The notes beneath the pieces were generated by a model. That model saw only the letters and a program-made list of their open reading frames with translations, searched no databases and had not been told where the DNA came from. Shown here piece by piece: positions 6,236 to 14,266 of a stretch of DNA of 14,266 bases (position 1 is the stretch's first letter; each line of letters starts with the position of its first letter). This DNA is from Opitutia bacterium (lineage in GTDB: Bacteria > Verrucomicrobiota > Verrucomicrobiia > Opitutales > T3Sed10-336): NCBI GenBank assembly GCA_050506795.1, contig JBJHCF010000071.1, forward strand, positions 1 to 14,266, given 5' to 3'. Made by a program: the position numbers and the translations under genes.

Positions 6236-7846
6236 TCACAACCCAAGCAAAGGCCAAAGCACCTGGGAAAGCGTCACCGCAATTACCAGGCCCACAATTC
6301 CGATCACGATACCCATCCTGGCCATGTCCGGAGTGCGGAGCATGCCGGAACTCATAGCTATGGCGTTGGGCGGTGTGGATATGGGCAAAGCCATCCCCAG
6401 GCTTGCGCCCACCGCGATAATAATGGCGTTGATCTCCATGGAGACCCCTTCCGCCAGTATTCCGCTGGCTCCCAGCGTGACCGCCAGCGGGACCAGCAGA
6501 CTGGCCGCGACTGTGTTGGAGATGAAGTTAGAAAGCCCCGCTGCAACAAAACCGAAGACCACGATCACCACAAAGGCCCCCATCACCTCCCAGCGAATCA
6601 GCCCGATCAAGTACTCCGCCAGTCCGGTTTGCTGCATGGCCACGCCGAGAGCGATACCGCCGGCCATGAGCCAGAGCACCTCCCAGGAAAGATTGCGGAT
6701 TTCATCTTTTTCAATGACCTGGAACGCGGTCAGGGCGGCGATCGGGAGAAACGCCACCACACTGCTGGACAAGCCATGCCAAGCCTCGGTCACCCAGAGA
6801 AAAACGGTCAGTCCGAACACCACGTAGAGGATAATCGCCTTGGGCGACATATTGAACTTCCCGCTCAATTCCAGTTTTATCCTTTCCTGGCGGGTGGGAT
6901 AAACTTTCAGCAGCAGCCACCAGACGAACAAAAGCAGTACGACAACCAGCGGTACTGCCATAGCCATCCAGGTACCGAAGTTGATGGAAATCCCGTTGGC
7001 GTTGAGCGCTCCGATAACAATGGCGTTGGGCGGAGTTCCGATCGGGGTGGCAATGCCGCCGACATTGGCGGCGAAAGGAATACAAAGCGCCAATCCGATT
7101 CGAAAGCGGTCGTCCGGATCAAGTTGGGTGACGATGGGAATGATCACCGTCATCATCATGGCCGCCGTCGCGGTATTGCTCATGAAAGCGGACAAGGTCG
7201 CCGTCACCAACATCAAACCCATCAACACCATTGCCGGCCGGGTGCCGAAGGGCCGCAGGATGACCCGCGTCAGGTTGCGGTCCAGACGGTATTTCACCGC
7301 CGCGCTGGCCAGGACGAAGCCGCCCAAAAACAAAATGATAATCGGATTCGCCAGGGCGTTCAGGTACACCGTGTAACTCGGCGGATGAAAATCGAGCAGC
7401 CAATGATCCGCGTCGGTAACCAACCGGGAATCCGCCGCCAGATCGGGCGAACCGATCAGGACTGTTCCATTCTCATGTTGTAAAACGGAAACGCTCAACT
7501 CGTTTACCCGGTTGCGATCGCTCAATACCAGGACCGCATCCTCCTCCGTCAGCACCTCGGCCGGAATTCGCCACACTTCCGCCTCCACCGCCTCGGGCGC
7601 CGTGGACGGGACCTCGTTCATCTGGAACACCGGTCCCTGGATGCTGAGGAACACAATTTGCAGAAAGATCACCACCAGCGAGGTGGCGTAGATGGGAATG
7701 GGCTCCAGTATCCAGAAAACGGCAGCCAGGAGGAAAATTCCCAGTGTCATGTGCCCCATCAGCGACAAGCCTTCCAGCTCGACGATGAAGGGCACAAAAA
7801 ATAGCCCGATACCCAGAACCAATGCGATAATCTTTTTCACGTTCAT
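6236..7846 (-). CDS. DASS / SLC13 family Na+-coupled di/tricarboxylate or sulfate/phosphate transporter, 536 aa, with a large hydrophilic insertion
   Basis: Multi-TM protein with FWILEPIP, LANPIIILFLGGF, paired SNT motifs (SAFMSNTAT, SNFISNTVA), TPIGTPPNAI, LPISTPPNAIA and WEVLWLMAGGIALG, all characteristic of VcINDY-type DASS members. Confidence 0.93.
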   Translation of the reverse strand: MNVKKIIALVLGIGLFFVPFIVELEGLSLMGHMTLGIFLLAAVFWILEPIPIYATSLVVIFLQIVFLSIQGPVFQMNEVPSTAPEAVEAEVWRIPAEVLTEEDAVLVLSDRNRVNELSVSVLQHENGTVLIGSPDLAADSRLVTDADHWLLDFHPPSYTVYLNALANPIIILFLGGFVLASAAVKYRLDRNLTRVILRPFGTRPAMVLMGLMLVTATLSAFMSNTATAAMMMTVIIPIVTQLDPDDRFRIGLALCIPFAANVGGIATPIGTPPNAIVIGALNANGISINFGTWMAMAVPLVVVLLLFVWWLLLKVYPTRQERIKLELSGKFNMSPKAIILYVVFGLTVFLWVTEAWHGLSSSVVAFLPIAALTAFQVIEKDEIRNLSWEVLWLMAGGIALGVAMQQTGLAEYLIGLIRWEVMGAFVVIVVFGFVAAGLSNFISNTVAASLLVPLAVTLGASGILAEGVSMEINAIIIAVGASLGMALPISTPPNAIAMSSGMLRTPDMARMGIVIGIVGLVIAVTLSQVLWPLLGL

Positions 7847-7996
7847 AACGTTGAGCGGATATTGGGGTCACCTCGAATAAGCTACAATTCTAATTCCAAA
7901 AGAGCCATAAGAAACCGTCTCTCTAATACCTGACATAAGGAGGGCGCTTTGGCCAAACAATTCCACGACCAGGCATTTGCGCCCCGGCGTCGCCCT

Positions 7997-9400
7997 TCAT
8001 TTTTTCACATCGCGCGCTTCCCGATCGGAGTTTCCGGGTGACACCAGATTGATCAGAAAGGAGAAGGCTCGTGTCGGCCGCAACGCCGCGCCGCTGCCCA
8101 ACAGGATCGGACCTTCGTCCACTCCCGACTGGCGCAACCGCGACAAACGAAAGAAAAGGAATATCTGCACGACCACGGTAAAGGCGAAGAATACCTGGAA
8201 AGCCACCGGATTCACGCCAATGCCATCGTCCCCCGCCCGCAGGAATCCGCCCCACACGATGGGTGAGACACCTCCCACCAACGCGGTTACGGCGCCGAAG
8301 ATGGAAACCATCAACGGACGGTCATCCTCGTTCATCACCGTGGGAAGGTAGTTAAGACTCCCGTTCATCCAGGCAGCGGCTCCCACGCCGAGCAAAAAAT
8401 AGGTCACCACCAGCGGCCAGACCCAGGTCACCTCCATGCTCAGGAAAAGGAACCACAGCAGCGCGACCAACGCATAAAAGATCACCGCCAGGCGCAAAAA
8501 CGGACGTGCCCCGAACCTATCAACGATGCCGCGCAACACCAGGGCACAGACGATGGCGCCGGAGAACTGAACCATGGTGAACAGAATGATCTGAGCCGGC
8601 TCGAGTGGAGTCATGGACTTCAGATAGTAGGCGCAGAAGGGAGGAATGGGCGCCGAACATACGGCGAAAACGACGCTCACCAGAAGAAACTGTCGGAATC
8701 GTCCGGGTCGGGTACAGAACCCGGGAGTGTCGCGAACAATCCTTCGCAAACTGATGGTATTCGGCCGCGGTCCATCCGCCAGCCGGCTCAGGGCCCACCA
8801 ACAGAGCAAGGCGCCGGCGAACGCCATAGTGAACTGCCAGAAGAACGCTTCCGAATCGCGTAAAAGGTAAAATAGCAACGATGCGGTCAACAGGGTCAAG
8901 AGCCCCGCGATGCCGGAAAAGATCTGGTCGTTGGCAAAGTACCTTCCCCTGGCGTTTTCCGGCAGGATGGCATAAAGCCACGGGATGAAGGCGGCATTGC
9001 CCACCGCCCGCATCAGGCAGAAAAGGAACATCGTGGCGATCAGCACATTGACCTTCCAGGTCTGCGGATCATTCAGGTCGGTCAGCGCGAGCAGGATGGG
9101 CGGAACCAGGAAAAGGCTGCGCAGCCCCCAGCCGGCCAGCATGACACGCTTGAAACCGAACCGCGGCAGGAACGCGGTCGAAAGCACCTGCACCGGGGTC
9201 ATGAGAAACACGAACGAATACAAGACCCCCACCTGGAAAGCGGACGCTCCCAGCCGTTCCGCCAGCAGAACCAGAGGCGTGCCCAGAGCCACCTGCCAGG
9301 TAATGGCGTTAAAAAACGAAAACACCAACCCCGCCCGGAACGGGCGCAGGGACGAGTTCGATCCACTGCCGGCATCCTTTTCTGAATTCGCTTCCGCCAT
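7997..9400 (-). CDS. Major facilitator superfamily transporter, ~467 aa
   Basis: About 12 hydrophobic segments, motif-A-like loops FLPRFGFKR and IVDRFGARP, and ILPENARGRYFA after TM4. ATG 9400 is preceded by GGAG (minus strand TTGGAGTAATTATG), favouring it over 9442. Confidence 0.88.
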   Translation of the reverse strand: MAEANSEKDAGSGSNSSLRPFRAGLVFSFFNAITWQVALGTPLVLLAERLGASAFQVGVLYSFVFLMTPVQVLSTAFLPRFGFKRVMLAGWGLRSLFLVPPILLALTDLNDPQTWKVNVLIATMFLFCLMRAVGNAAFIPWLYAILPENARGRYFANDQIFSGIAGLLTLLTASLLFYLLRDSEAFFWQFTMAFAGALLCWWALSRLADGPRPNTISLRRIVRDTPGFCTRPGRFRQFLLVSVVFAVCSAPIPPFCAYYLKSMTPLEPAQIILFTMVQFSGAIVCALVLRGIVDRFGARPFLRLAVIFYALVALLWFLFLSMEVTWVWPLVVTYFLLGVGAAAWMNGSLNYLPTVMNEDDRPLMVSIFGAVTALVGGVSPIVWGGFLRAGDDGIGVNPVAFQVFFAFTVVVQIFLFFRLSRLRQSGVDEGPILLGSGAALRPTRAFSFLINLVSPGNSDREARDVKK

Positions 9401-9495
9401 AATTACTCCAACGTCATTTCCGAATACAGACCCACCATCCACCAGAACACCAGCCGAACCGGATCCATCAATCCGAATCGAGTGGCATTGGCAAT

Positions 9496-9539
9496 GCAGC
9501 CTGTCGGACTTGGGCTACGGCCTAAGTCCGACAGGCTGC
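9496..9539. repeat. 20-bp inverted repeat with 4-nt loop between argH and the MFS gene
   Basis: GCAGCCTGTCGGACTTGGGC-TACG-GCCTAAGTCCGACAGGCTGC: 19/20 Watson-Crick pairs plus one G-T. No U-tract immediately follows on either strand. Confidence 0.85.
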
Positions 9540-9555
9540 TAATGGTCTTTGCGAT

Positions 9556-10956
9556 TCATCTGAGACGCTCCCGCCACGCGCTCAACGCGGCGTCCACCGG
9601 CCGGCGGCCGGGCATGCCTGTGCCGGTGCGTCCGGCGCTGGCGCGTTCGAGATCGAACACCTCCGTCCAGTCCGCATCGAAAGCCGGGTGCAGCACCTTG
9701 ACCTTTTCAAAAGGCAAACGGTCGACCGGCACGTCGTTTTCCTCCGCCAGCCGCACCAGGCCGCCGGCCAGATGATGGGCCTCCCGGAAGGGCACACCCT
9801 TGCGCACCAGGTAATCCACCACGTCGGTGACCAGAAGAAGCGGATCCTCCGCAGCGCGCCGGCAAGCGGACTCCCGGACCTCGGAACCCGCCAGCGTGCG
9901 GGTGAGCACCTCCAGGCAGATCAGGGTCTGATCGGCGCTGTCGAAAACCGGCGGTTTGTCCTCCTGCAAGTCCCGGTTGTAGGTCAACGGCAAACCCTTC
10001 ACCAGGGTAAACAAGGTCTGCAGGTTGCCCTGGAGACGGGCGGCTTTGCCGCGCAAGAGCTCCATGGCGTCCGGATTTTTCTTTTGCGGCATCAGGCTGG
10101 AACCGGTGCAGAAGGCGTCGGGCAACTCGATGAAGCCGAACTCCCGGCTGCTCCAAAGGATCATGTCCTCGGCCACCCGGGAAAAATGAGTCCCGCACAC
10201 CGCGCAGGCCTGGGCGAAGTCCAGGAAAAGGTCCCGATCGGCGATGGCGTCCATGCTGTTGGCGGTGACACGCGGGCGACCGGTTTCATCCACGAATCCC
10301 AGGTATTCCGCCACAAACTCCCGGTCCAGGGGCAGGGTCGATCCCGCCAAGGCGCCCGACCCCAGAGGGCAGATATTGGCCGCGTCCGCCACGGCGCGAA
10401 TTCGATTGCGATCGCGATCGAACATCTCCGCGTACGCGAGCCAGTGGTGGGCCATCAGGACCGGCTGCGCCCGCTGCAGGTGGGTGTAGCCCGGAACAAA
10501 GACCTCGCGAGTCCGTTCGGCAAGATCGACCAGCACCCGCAGGAGCGCGTCAAGACGCCCCTCGATCTCCCGGCAGGCATCCTTGAAATAGAGCCGCATG
10601 TCGGTCGCGATCTGGTCATTGCGACTGCGTGCGGTGTGCAGTTTGGCGGCGGCGGGGACCTCCCGTGTCAATGCTTGCTCCACGTTCATGTGGACATCCT
10701 CAAACCCAATGTCCCACTCCATTTCACCGGCCTCAATCTTCCGGGCCACCCGGTCGAGCCCCTGGTGGATGGCATCGCGTTCCTCTTCGGTCAAAACACC
10801 AATCCGGTGCAGCATGGCCGAATGGGCCTTATTGACCCGCAGGTCATAAGTCGCCAGCCGGCGATCAAAGGAAACCGACTCTCCAAAACGAAGCATCAAC
10901 TCCGCCGGCGCTTCCGAAAATCTCCCTCCCCAGGTCGCTTGTCGCTCGTTGGCCAT
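9556..10956 (-). CDS. argH: Argininosuccinate lyase, 466 aa
   Basis: WGGRF N-terminus, [38 protein letters not shown], the fumarase/ASL signature [26 protein letters not shown] and GVPFREAH. Confidence 0.98.
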   Translation of the reverse strand: MANERQATWGGRFSEAPAELMLRFGESVSFDRRLATYDLRVNKAHSAMLHRIGVLTEEERDAIHQGLDRVARKIEAGEMEWDIGFEDVHMNVEQALTREVPAAAKLHTARSRNDQIATDMRLYFKDACREIEGRLDALLRVLVDLAERTREVFVPGYTHLQRAQPVLMAHHWLAYAEMFDRDRNRIRAVADAANICPLGSGALAGSTLPLDREFVAEYLGFVDETGRPRVTANSMDAIADRDLFLDFAQACAVCGTHFSRVAEDMILWSSREFGFIELPDAFCTGSSLMPQKKNPDAMELLRGKAARLQGNLQTLFTLVKGLPLTYNRDLQEDKPPVFDSADQTLICLEVLTRTLAGSEVRESACRRAAEDPLLLVTDVVDYLVRKGVPFREAHHLAGGLVRLAEENDVPVDRLPFEKVKVLHPAFDADWTEVFDLERASAGRTGTGMPGRRPVDAALSAWRERLR

Positions 10957-11073
10957 AAGAACGACGATGATTGGCCCGCCATGGCAAACGGCAATGTCAA
11001 AATCAAACGGTTCTCCCGGAGCGTGTTCGGACTTGCCTTCCCGGGATATCCGGTTTAAATACTATCCAACGGC

Positions 11074-11355
11074 ATGAAGACGATACCAATACTTTATATC
11101 AAACGGGGCTGTCCGTGGTGCCGCCAGGCTAAATCCTTTTTCGACCAACACGGAGTCGAGTTGGACATTCGCGACGTGGGAGCCAGCAACGGCAACATGA
11201 AACGAATGATCGAGGTCAGCGAACAGACCATGACTCCGACTTTTGAATACGGCGACTTTGTGGTGGCCGATTTCAGTGTGGACGAATTTCAGGCCGAACT
11301 GGAGGAGCGCCCGGACGTGCGTATGGAGCTTGGCATCGGCGACGACGAGGATTAA
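11074..11355 (+). CDS. Glutaredoxin / NrdH-like redoxin, 93 aa
   Basis: LYIKRGCPWC CxxC active site, cis-Pro region QTMTPTF, glutaredoxin length. Divergent from argH. Confidence 0.9.
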   Translation: MKTIPILYIKRGCPWCRQAKSFFDQHGVELDIRDVGASNGNMKRMIEVSEQTMTPTFEYGDFVVADFSVDEFQAELEERPDVRMELGIGDDED

Positions 11356-11366
11356 TCGTACTTCGC

Positions 11367-12509
11367 ATGGATGCAAATTCCCCTCCGCTTCTGACTTCCG
11401 GGCAGAAAAAGCTGATCGGATTCACCCTTTCATTCATTTGTCTGTTCGCCGCGGCCGGGCTGCTGGCACTGTTGATCGTGATTCTGGCGCACTTGGTTGC
11501 GGCGTTCTCGAGTCTGCTCTGGCCGCTGGCCATCGCCGGCATTCTCGCCCTGATGCTGCGCCCGGTGGTTCGCGCCATGGAGAATCGACTCCGCCTGAGT
11601 CCGGTGGCGGCGGTGCTGTCCTTGTACGGCCTGGTGTTGGTGATCCTTTTGAGTTCCCTCTCCTTCCTGATACCGATCGCGTTCCGGCAAATCGGGGATT
11701 TTCTGGAGATCGCGCCCGACCTGCTGGAACGGGCGCTGAACAGCCTCCGTGCCACCTTTCCGCAATGGGCGCACTTACTGGAGGACCCCCTGGAGTCGGA
11801 GCGCCTCCGCGAATTGACGATCGAGTTTTCCGAGCAACTGCGCGAAGGCTTGGTTGCCGCCCTCCCGGCTTTACTGCGGGCCGGCGAAACTCTGGTGGCG
11901 GTTTTCGCCATGGCGGTCGGAATGGCGATCATACCGGTTTACCTGTTTTTTTTCCTGAAATCACGGCAGGAACCCACGGAAAACCTGGGAGAGCACCTGC
12001 CCTTTTTGCAAAAGGAAACCCGCGAAGACGTGGTTTTCCTGGTCCGTGAATTTATCGCCATCGTGGTCTCCTTTTTCCGGGGCCAGTTGGTGATCGCGCT
12101 GATCATGGGCGTGCTACTCGCCACCGGGTTCACCATCGCCGGACTCAAACTCAGCATCCCCCTGGGCCTTTTCCTGGGCCTGCTCAATATCGTCCCCTAT
12201 CTCGGCGTCATTATCGGCCTGGCGGTAACTCTGCCGACCGCGTATTTCCAGCCCGGCGGCGGCTGGGAACTCATGCTAATCATCACGCTCATATTCGCCG
12301 CGGTGCAGACCCTGGAGAGCACCGTGCTTACGCCAAAGATTATGGGCGACCGCACCGGTCTGCACCCGGTAACCATCATCATTGCCATCTTTTTCTGGGG
12401 AATCGCCCTCGGGGGCATACTCGGGATGATCCTGGCGATACCGTTGACCGCGTTTTTTGTCACTGCCTGGCGCCTGGCCAAGTCCAAATACCTGACCGCT
12501 AAGGACTAA
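11367..12509 (+). CDS. AI-2E family (PerM/TqsA-like) transporter, 380 aa
   Basis: ILALMLRPVV, YLFFFLK, FFRGQLVIALIMG, LLNIVPYLG, QTLESTVLTPKIMGDRTGLHP and GILGMILAIPLTA match the AI-2E/UPF0118 pattern. Starts 11 nt after the glutaredoxin stop. Confidence 0.93.
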   Translation: MDANSPPLLTSGQKKLIGFTLSFICLFAAAGLLALLIVILAHLVAAFSSLLWPLAIAGILALMLRPVVRAMENRLRLSPVAAVLSLYGLVLVILLSSLSFLIPIAFRQIGDFLEIAPDLLERALNSLRATFPQWAHLLEDPLESERLRELTIEFSEQLREGLVAALPALLRAGETLVAVFAMAVGMAIIPVYLFFFLKSRQEPTENLGEHLPFLQKETREDVVFLVREFIAIVVSFFRGQLVIALIMGVLLATGFTIAGLKLSIPLGLFLGLLNIVPYLGVIIGLAVTLPTAYFQPGGGWELMLIITLIFAAVQTLESTVLTPKIMGDRTGLHPVTIIIAIFFWGIALGGILGMILAIPLTAFFVTAWRLAKSKYLTAKD

Positions 12510-12590
12510 ATTAGGTTTTGCTTTCCTTCCTCATTTGGTGTATCAACGTCGGATCAATCCAGTCTTTCAATTCTTCAACGCCAACCCGTT

Positions 12591-13013
12591 ATGAAACTCG
12601 CCTTCAATTCCCTCGATAAATTCCGCGATTTCGGTCTCCTGATCCTGCGTGTCGGCATCGGCGCCACGTTTATCATCCTGCACGGCGGCCCCAAGCTCCT
12701 GGCCGGCCCCGAGCGATGGGAGTTCCTCGGCGAGAGCATGAGCCTTGTCGGGATCAATTTTCTGCCGGTGGTGTGGGGATTCCTCGCCGCGTTCGCCGAA
12801 TCGGTCGGCGCCCTGCTGCTGCTGGTCGGCTTCCTGACCCGCCCCGCCCTGGTCCTTCTCACCGTGACCATGGTTTTCGCAGCCGCAACGCACCTCTTTC
12901 TCTGGGAAGACGATTGGGGCACCACTTCCCACGCCCTCAAGATGGGCATCGTCTTCCTCAGCCTGATCTTCATCGGCCCCGGACGTTACAGCGTCGACCA
13001 GATGTTGAAATGA
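12591..13013 (+). CDS. DoxX family membrane protein, 140 aa
   Basis: GLLILRVGIG..FIILHGGPKL, AAFAESVGALLLLVGFLTRPA and C-terminal GPGRYSVD. Four hydrophobic helices. Confidence 0.93.
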   Translation: MKLAFNSLDKFRDFGLLILRVGIGATFIILHGGPKLLAGPERWEFLGESMSLVGINFLPVVWGFLAAFAESVGALLLLVGFLTRPALVLLTVTMVFAAATHLFLWEDDWGTTSHALKMGIVFLSLIFIGPGRYSVDQMLK

Positions 13014-13018
13014 GCAAC

Positions 13019-13050
13019 CGCAGCAGCTTCCCATTTGGGTCGCTGCTGCG
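13019..13050 (+). terminator. GC-rich hairpin just after doxX (possible terminator or stabiliser)
   Basis: CGCAGCAGC (13019-13027) pairs with GCTGCTGCG (13042-13050), with an inner CCC/GGG stem, 5 nt after the stop codon. The following tract (ATTGT) is weak for an intrinsic terminator. Confidence 0.5.
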
Positions 13051-13161
13051 ATTGTCCAATAGGCTCCTCGGCACCGAGGCGTCCCGAGTCCATGTCCCTC
13101 AAGTTAGCTCCCGGGACAATGTAGCTGCCACACGGAATCGAGATTTCCGGGCTCACTCAAT

Positions 13162-13189
13162 ATCCGAGATCCAAAATCCAAAAACCAAT
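13162..13189 (+). repeat. Short heptamer tandem repeat (ATCCAAA-like x4) directly upstream of the PfkB start
   Basis: ATCCGAG-ATCCAAA-ATCCAAA-AACCAAT, ending 2 nt before ATG 13192. Confidence 0.55.
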
Positions 13190-13191
13190 CC

Positions 13192-14121
13192 ATGTCCCGG
13201 CGTATCCATACCTTCACCGCCAATCTGCTTTGGGAAACCACGTTTTTCCTGGAATCCTGGGAACCGGGCCGCACCGCCCGCGCCACCCACGCAACCGTGC
13301 AGGTCGGCGGCAAGGGAATCAATGTCAGCAAGATGCTCAATCGGCTGGGCGCCGAAAATGAAGCCATCTGCTTCCCGGGAGGCGCGGTGGGCGATCAGTG
13401 CCTCGCCTGGCTGAAGGAACTCGGATTCGCGGTCCAACCATTCGCCGCGTCGCACGAAACCCGGACCGGATTGACGGTGCGCTCCCCGTCTGTGCCGGAG
13501 ACCTGTTTTCTCGGCATCGATCAGCCGCTCGACGAGGACGCCGTCAAAGCCTGTTGCCAGTACTTGTCCAGCCTCCCAGACGGTGATATTCTGACCATTT
13601 GCGGCAGTATTCCAGGCTGGGACCAGGCGATTTTCGATCCGCTCCGTGAAGCCCTTGACAGCGTATTTGACCGGCTGGTCGTCGCGGTCGACACGTACGG
13701 ACCTCCCCTCGCCTGGTTGACCCAGAAACCGGTCGCCCTGATCAAGGTCAACGGCCGGGAGTTCAGCCAACTGACCAACGCCGGAGTCCCGGCCGACGTG
13801 GCCGCGCTTGAAGGCGCTGGCCTCCCGCCGCGGGCCTGGATCGTCACCAACGGCCCCCACAAGATAAAGGGGCTGGACACCAACGGCTACTGGGAAAAAA
13901 CGCCGCCGGCAGTGGAGGTAATCTCGCCGGTGGGCTCCGGTGACGTCTTTCTCGCCGTCCTGCTGCACTCCCATTTCAACCTCGGACTTTCCCTTGCAGA
14001 GGCGGCCGATGAAGCCATTCCCCACGCCGTCGCCAATTCCGCCTCCCCCGGCATCGCCAATTACTCCGATGAACTGGCCGAAGCCCTGCGACAGGCTTAC
14101 CGCCGCGGCGGCAAAGCATAA
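13192..14121 (+). CDS. PfkB-family carbohydrate kinase (1-phosphofructokinase / FruK-LacC-like), 309 aa
   Basis: GGKGINVS N-terminal signature, ETRT, CGSIPG, VDTYG, IKVNGRE (NxxE), VTNG and the C-terminal anion hole SPVGSGDVF. Confidence 0.9.
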   Translation: MSRRIHTFTANLLWETTFFLESWEPGRTARATHATVQVGGKGINVSKMLNRLGAENEAICFPGGAVGDQCLAWLKELGFAVQPFAASHETRTGLTVRSPSVPETCFLGIDQPLDEDAVKACCQYLSSLPDGDILTICGSIPGWDQAIFDPLREALDSVFDRLVVAVDTYGPPLAWLTQKPVALIKVNGREFSQLTNAGVPADVAALEGAGLPPRAWIVTNGPHKIKGLDTNGYWEKTPPAVEVISPVGSGDVFLAVLLHSHFNLGLSLAEAADEAIPHAVANSASPGIANYSDELAEALRQAYRRGGKA

Positions 14122-14266
14122 ACCAGTCGCCGGCTGAAGCATGGCGCTACGGCTTAACTGCTCCTCCCCGTAGGTCCGTGCTTTCAGCCGGACGCCGGTT
14201 CCGGAGGAGGCGTCCCTTTACGTCCGGACCAGTCGCCAGCTGAAGCATGGCGCTACGGCTTTACCT
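14122..14266. repeat. Second tandem array of the same REP doublet, same orientation as the left array, running off the right edge
   Basis: REP-B 14128-14150, REP-A starting at 14170, REP-B 14234-14256. The unit 14170-14256 differs from 64-149 by 4 substitutions and one 1-nt insertion. The array starts immediately after the PfkB TAA. Confidence 0.9.

Noticed and set aside
10995..11000. Perfect TTGACA on the minus strand upstream of argH
   Set aside because: No acceptable -10 hexamer at 16-18 nt spacing, and no ARG-box-like operator is recognisable.
9688..11058. 456-aa plus-strand ORF
   Set aside because: Antisense shadow of argH.
13153..14142. 329-aa minus-strand ORF, and the 232-aa ORF at 12716-13414
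   Set aside because: Shadow or alternative-frame ORFs over the PfkB and DoxX genes, with no motifs.
1..14266. Whole window as a mobile element, prophage or defence island
   Set aside because: No integrase, transposase, phage or known defence genes. It contains housekeeping argH and shows no evident compositional break.

Overview
GC-rich bacterial chromosomal segment, probably a whole contig broken at repeat arrays. The gene set and the SD-poor, A/C-rich start contexts suggest a PVC/Verrucomicrobiota-type organism, but this is inference only. Both ends lie in tandem arrays of the same ~86-bp GTAG-type REP doublet (REPIN/BIME-like). Between them are 12 well-supported CDSs: an exported HEAT-repeat + PL1 pectate-lyase-like protein; a HAD phosphatase divergent from a signal-peptide + DUF151 bifunctional-nuclease + PDZ protein; a minus-strand run argH > MFS > DASS/SLC13 transporter > receiver-only response regulator > soluble cNMP-domain histidine kinase; and a plus-strand run glutaredoxin > AI-2E transporter > DoxX > PfkB kinase. 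No CRISPR, tRNA, rRNA, transposase or phage gene was seen. The best candidates for something undescribed are: (1) a DASS + REC + cNMP-HK module, in which the transporter carries an inserted domain resembling the C-terminal domain of RND membrane-fusion proteins and the kinase has a degenerate cNMP pocket; (2) an apparently exported DUF151 nuclease-PDZ fusion; (3) a HEAT-PL1 fusion with altered conserved lyase motifs. All domain calls are by eye from motifs; no database searches were run.
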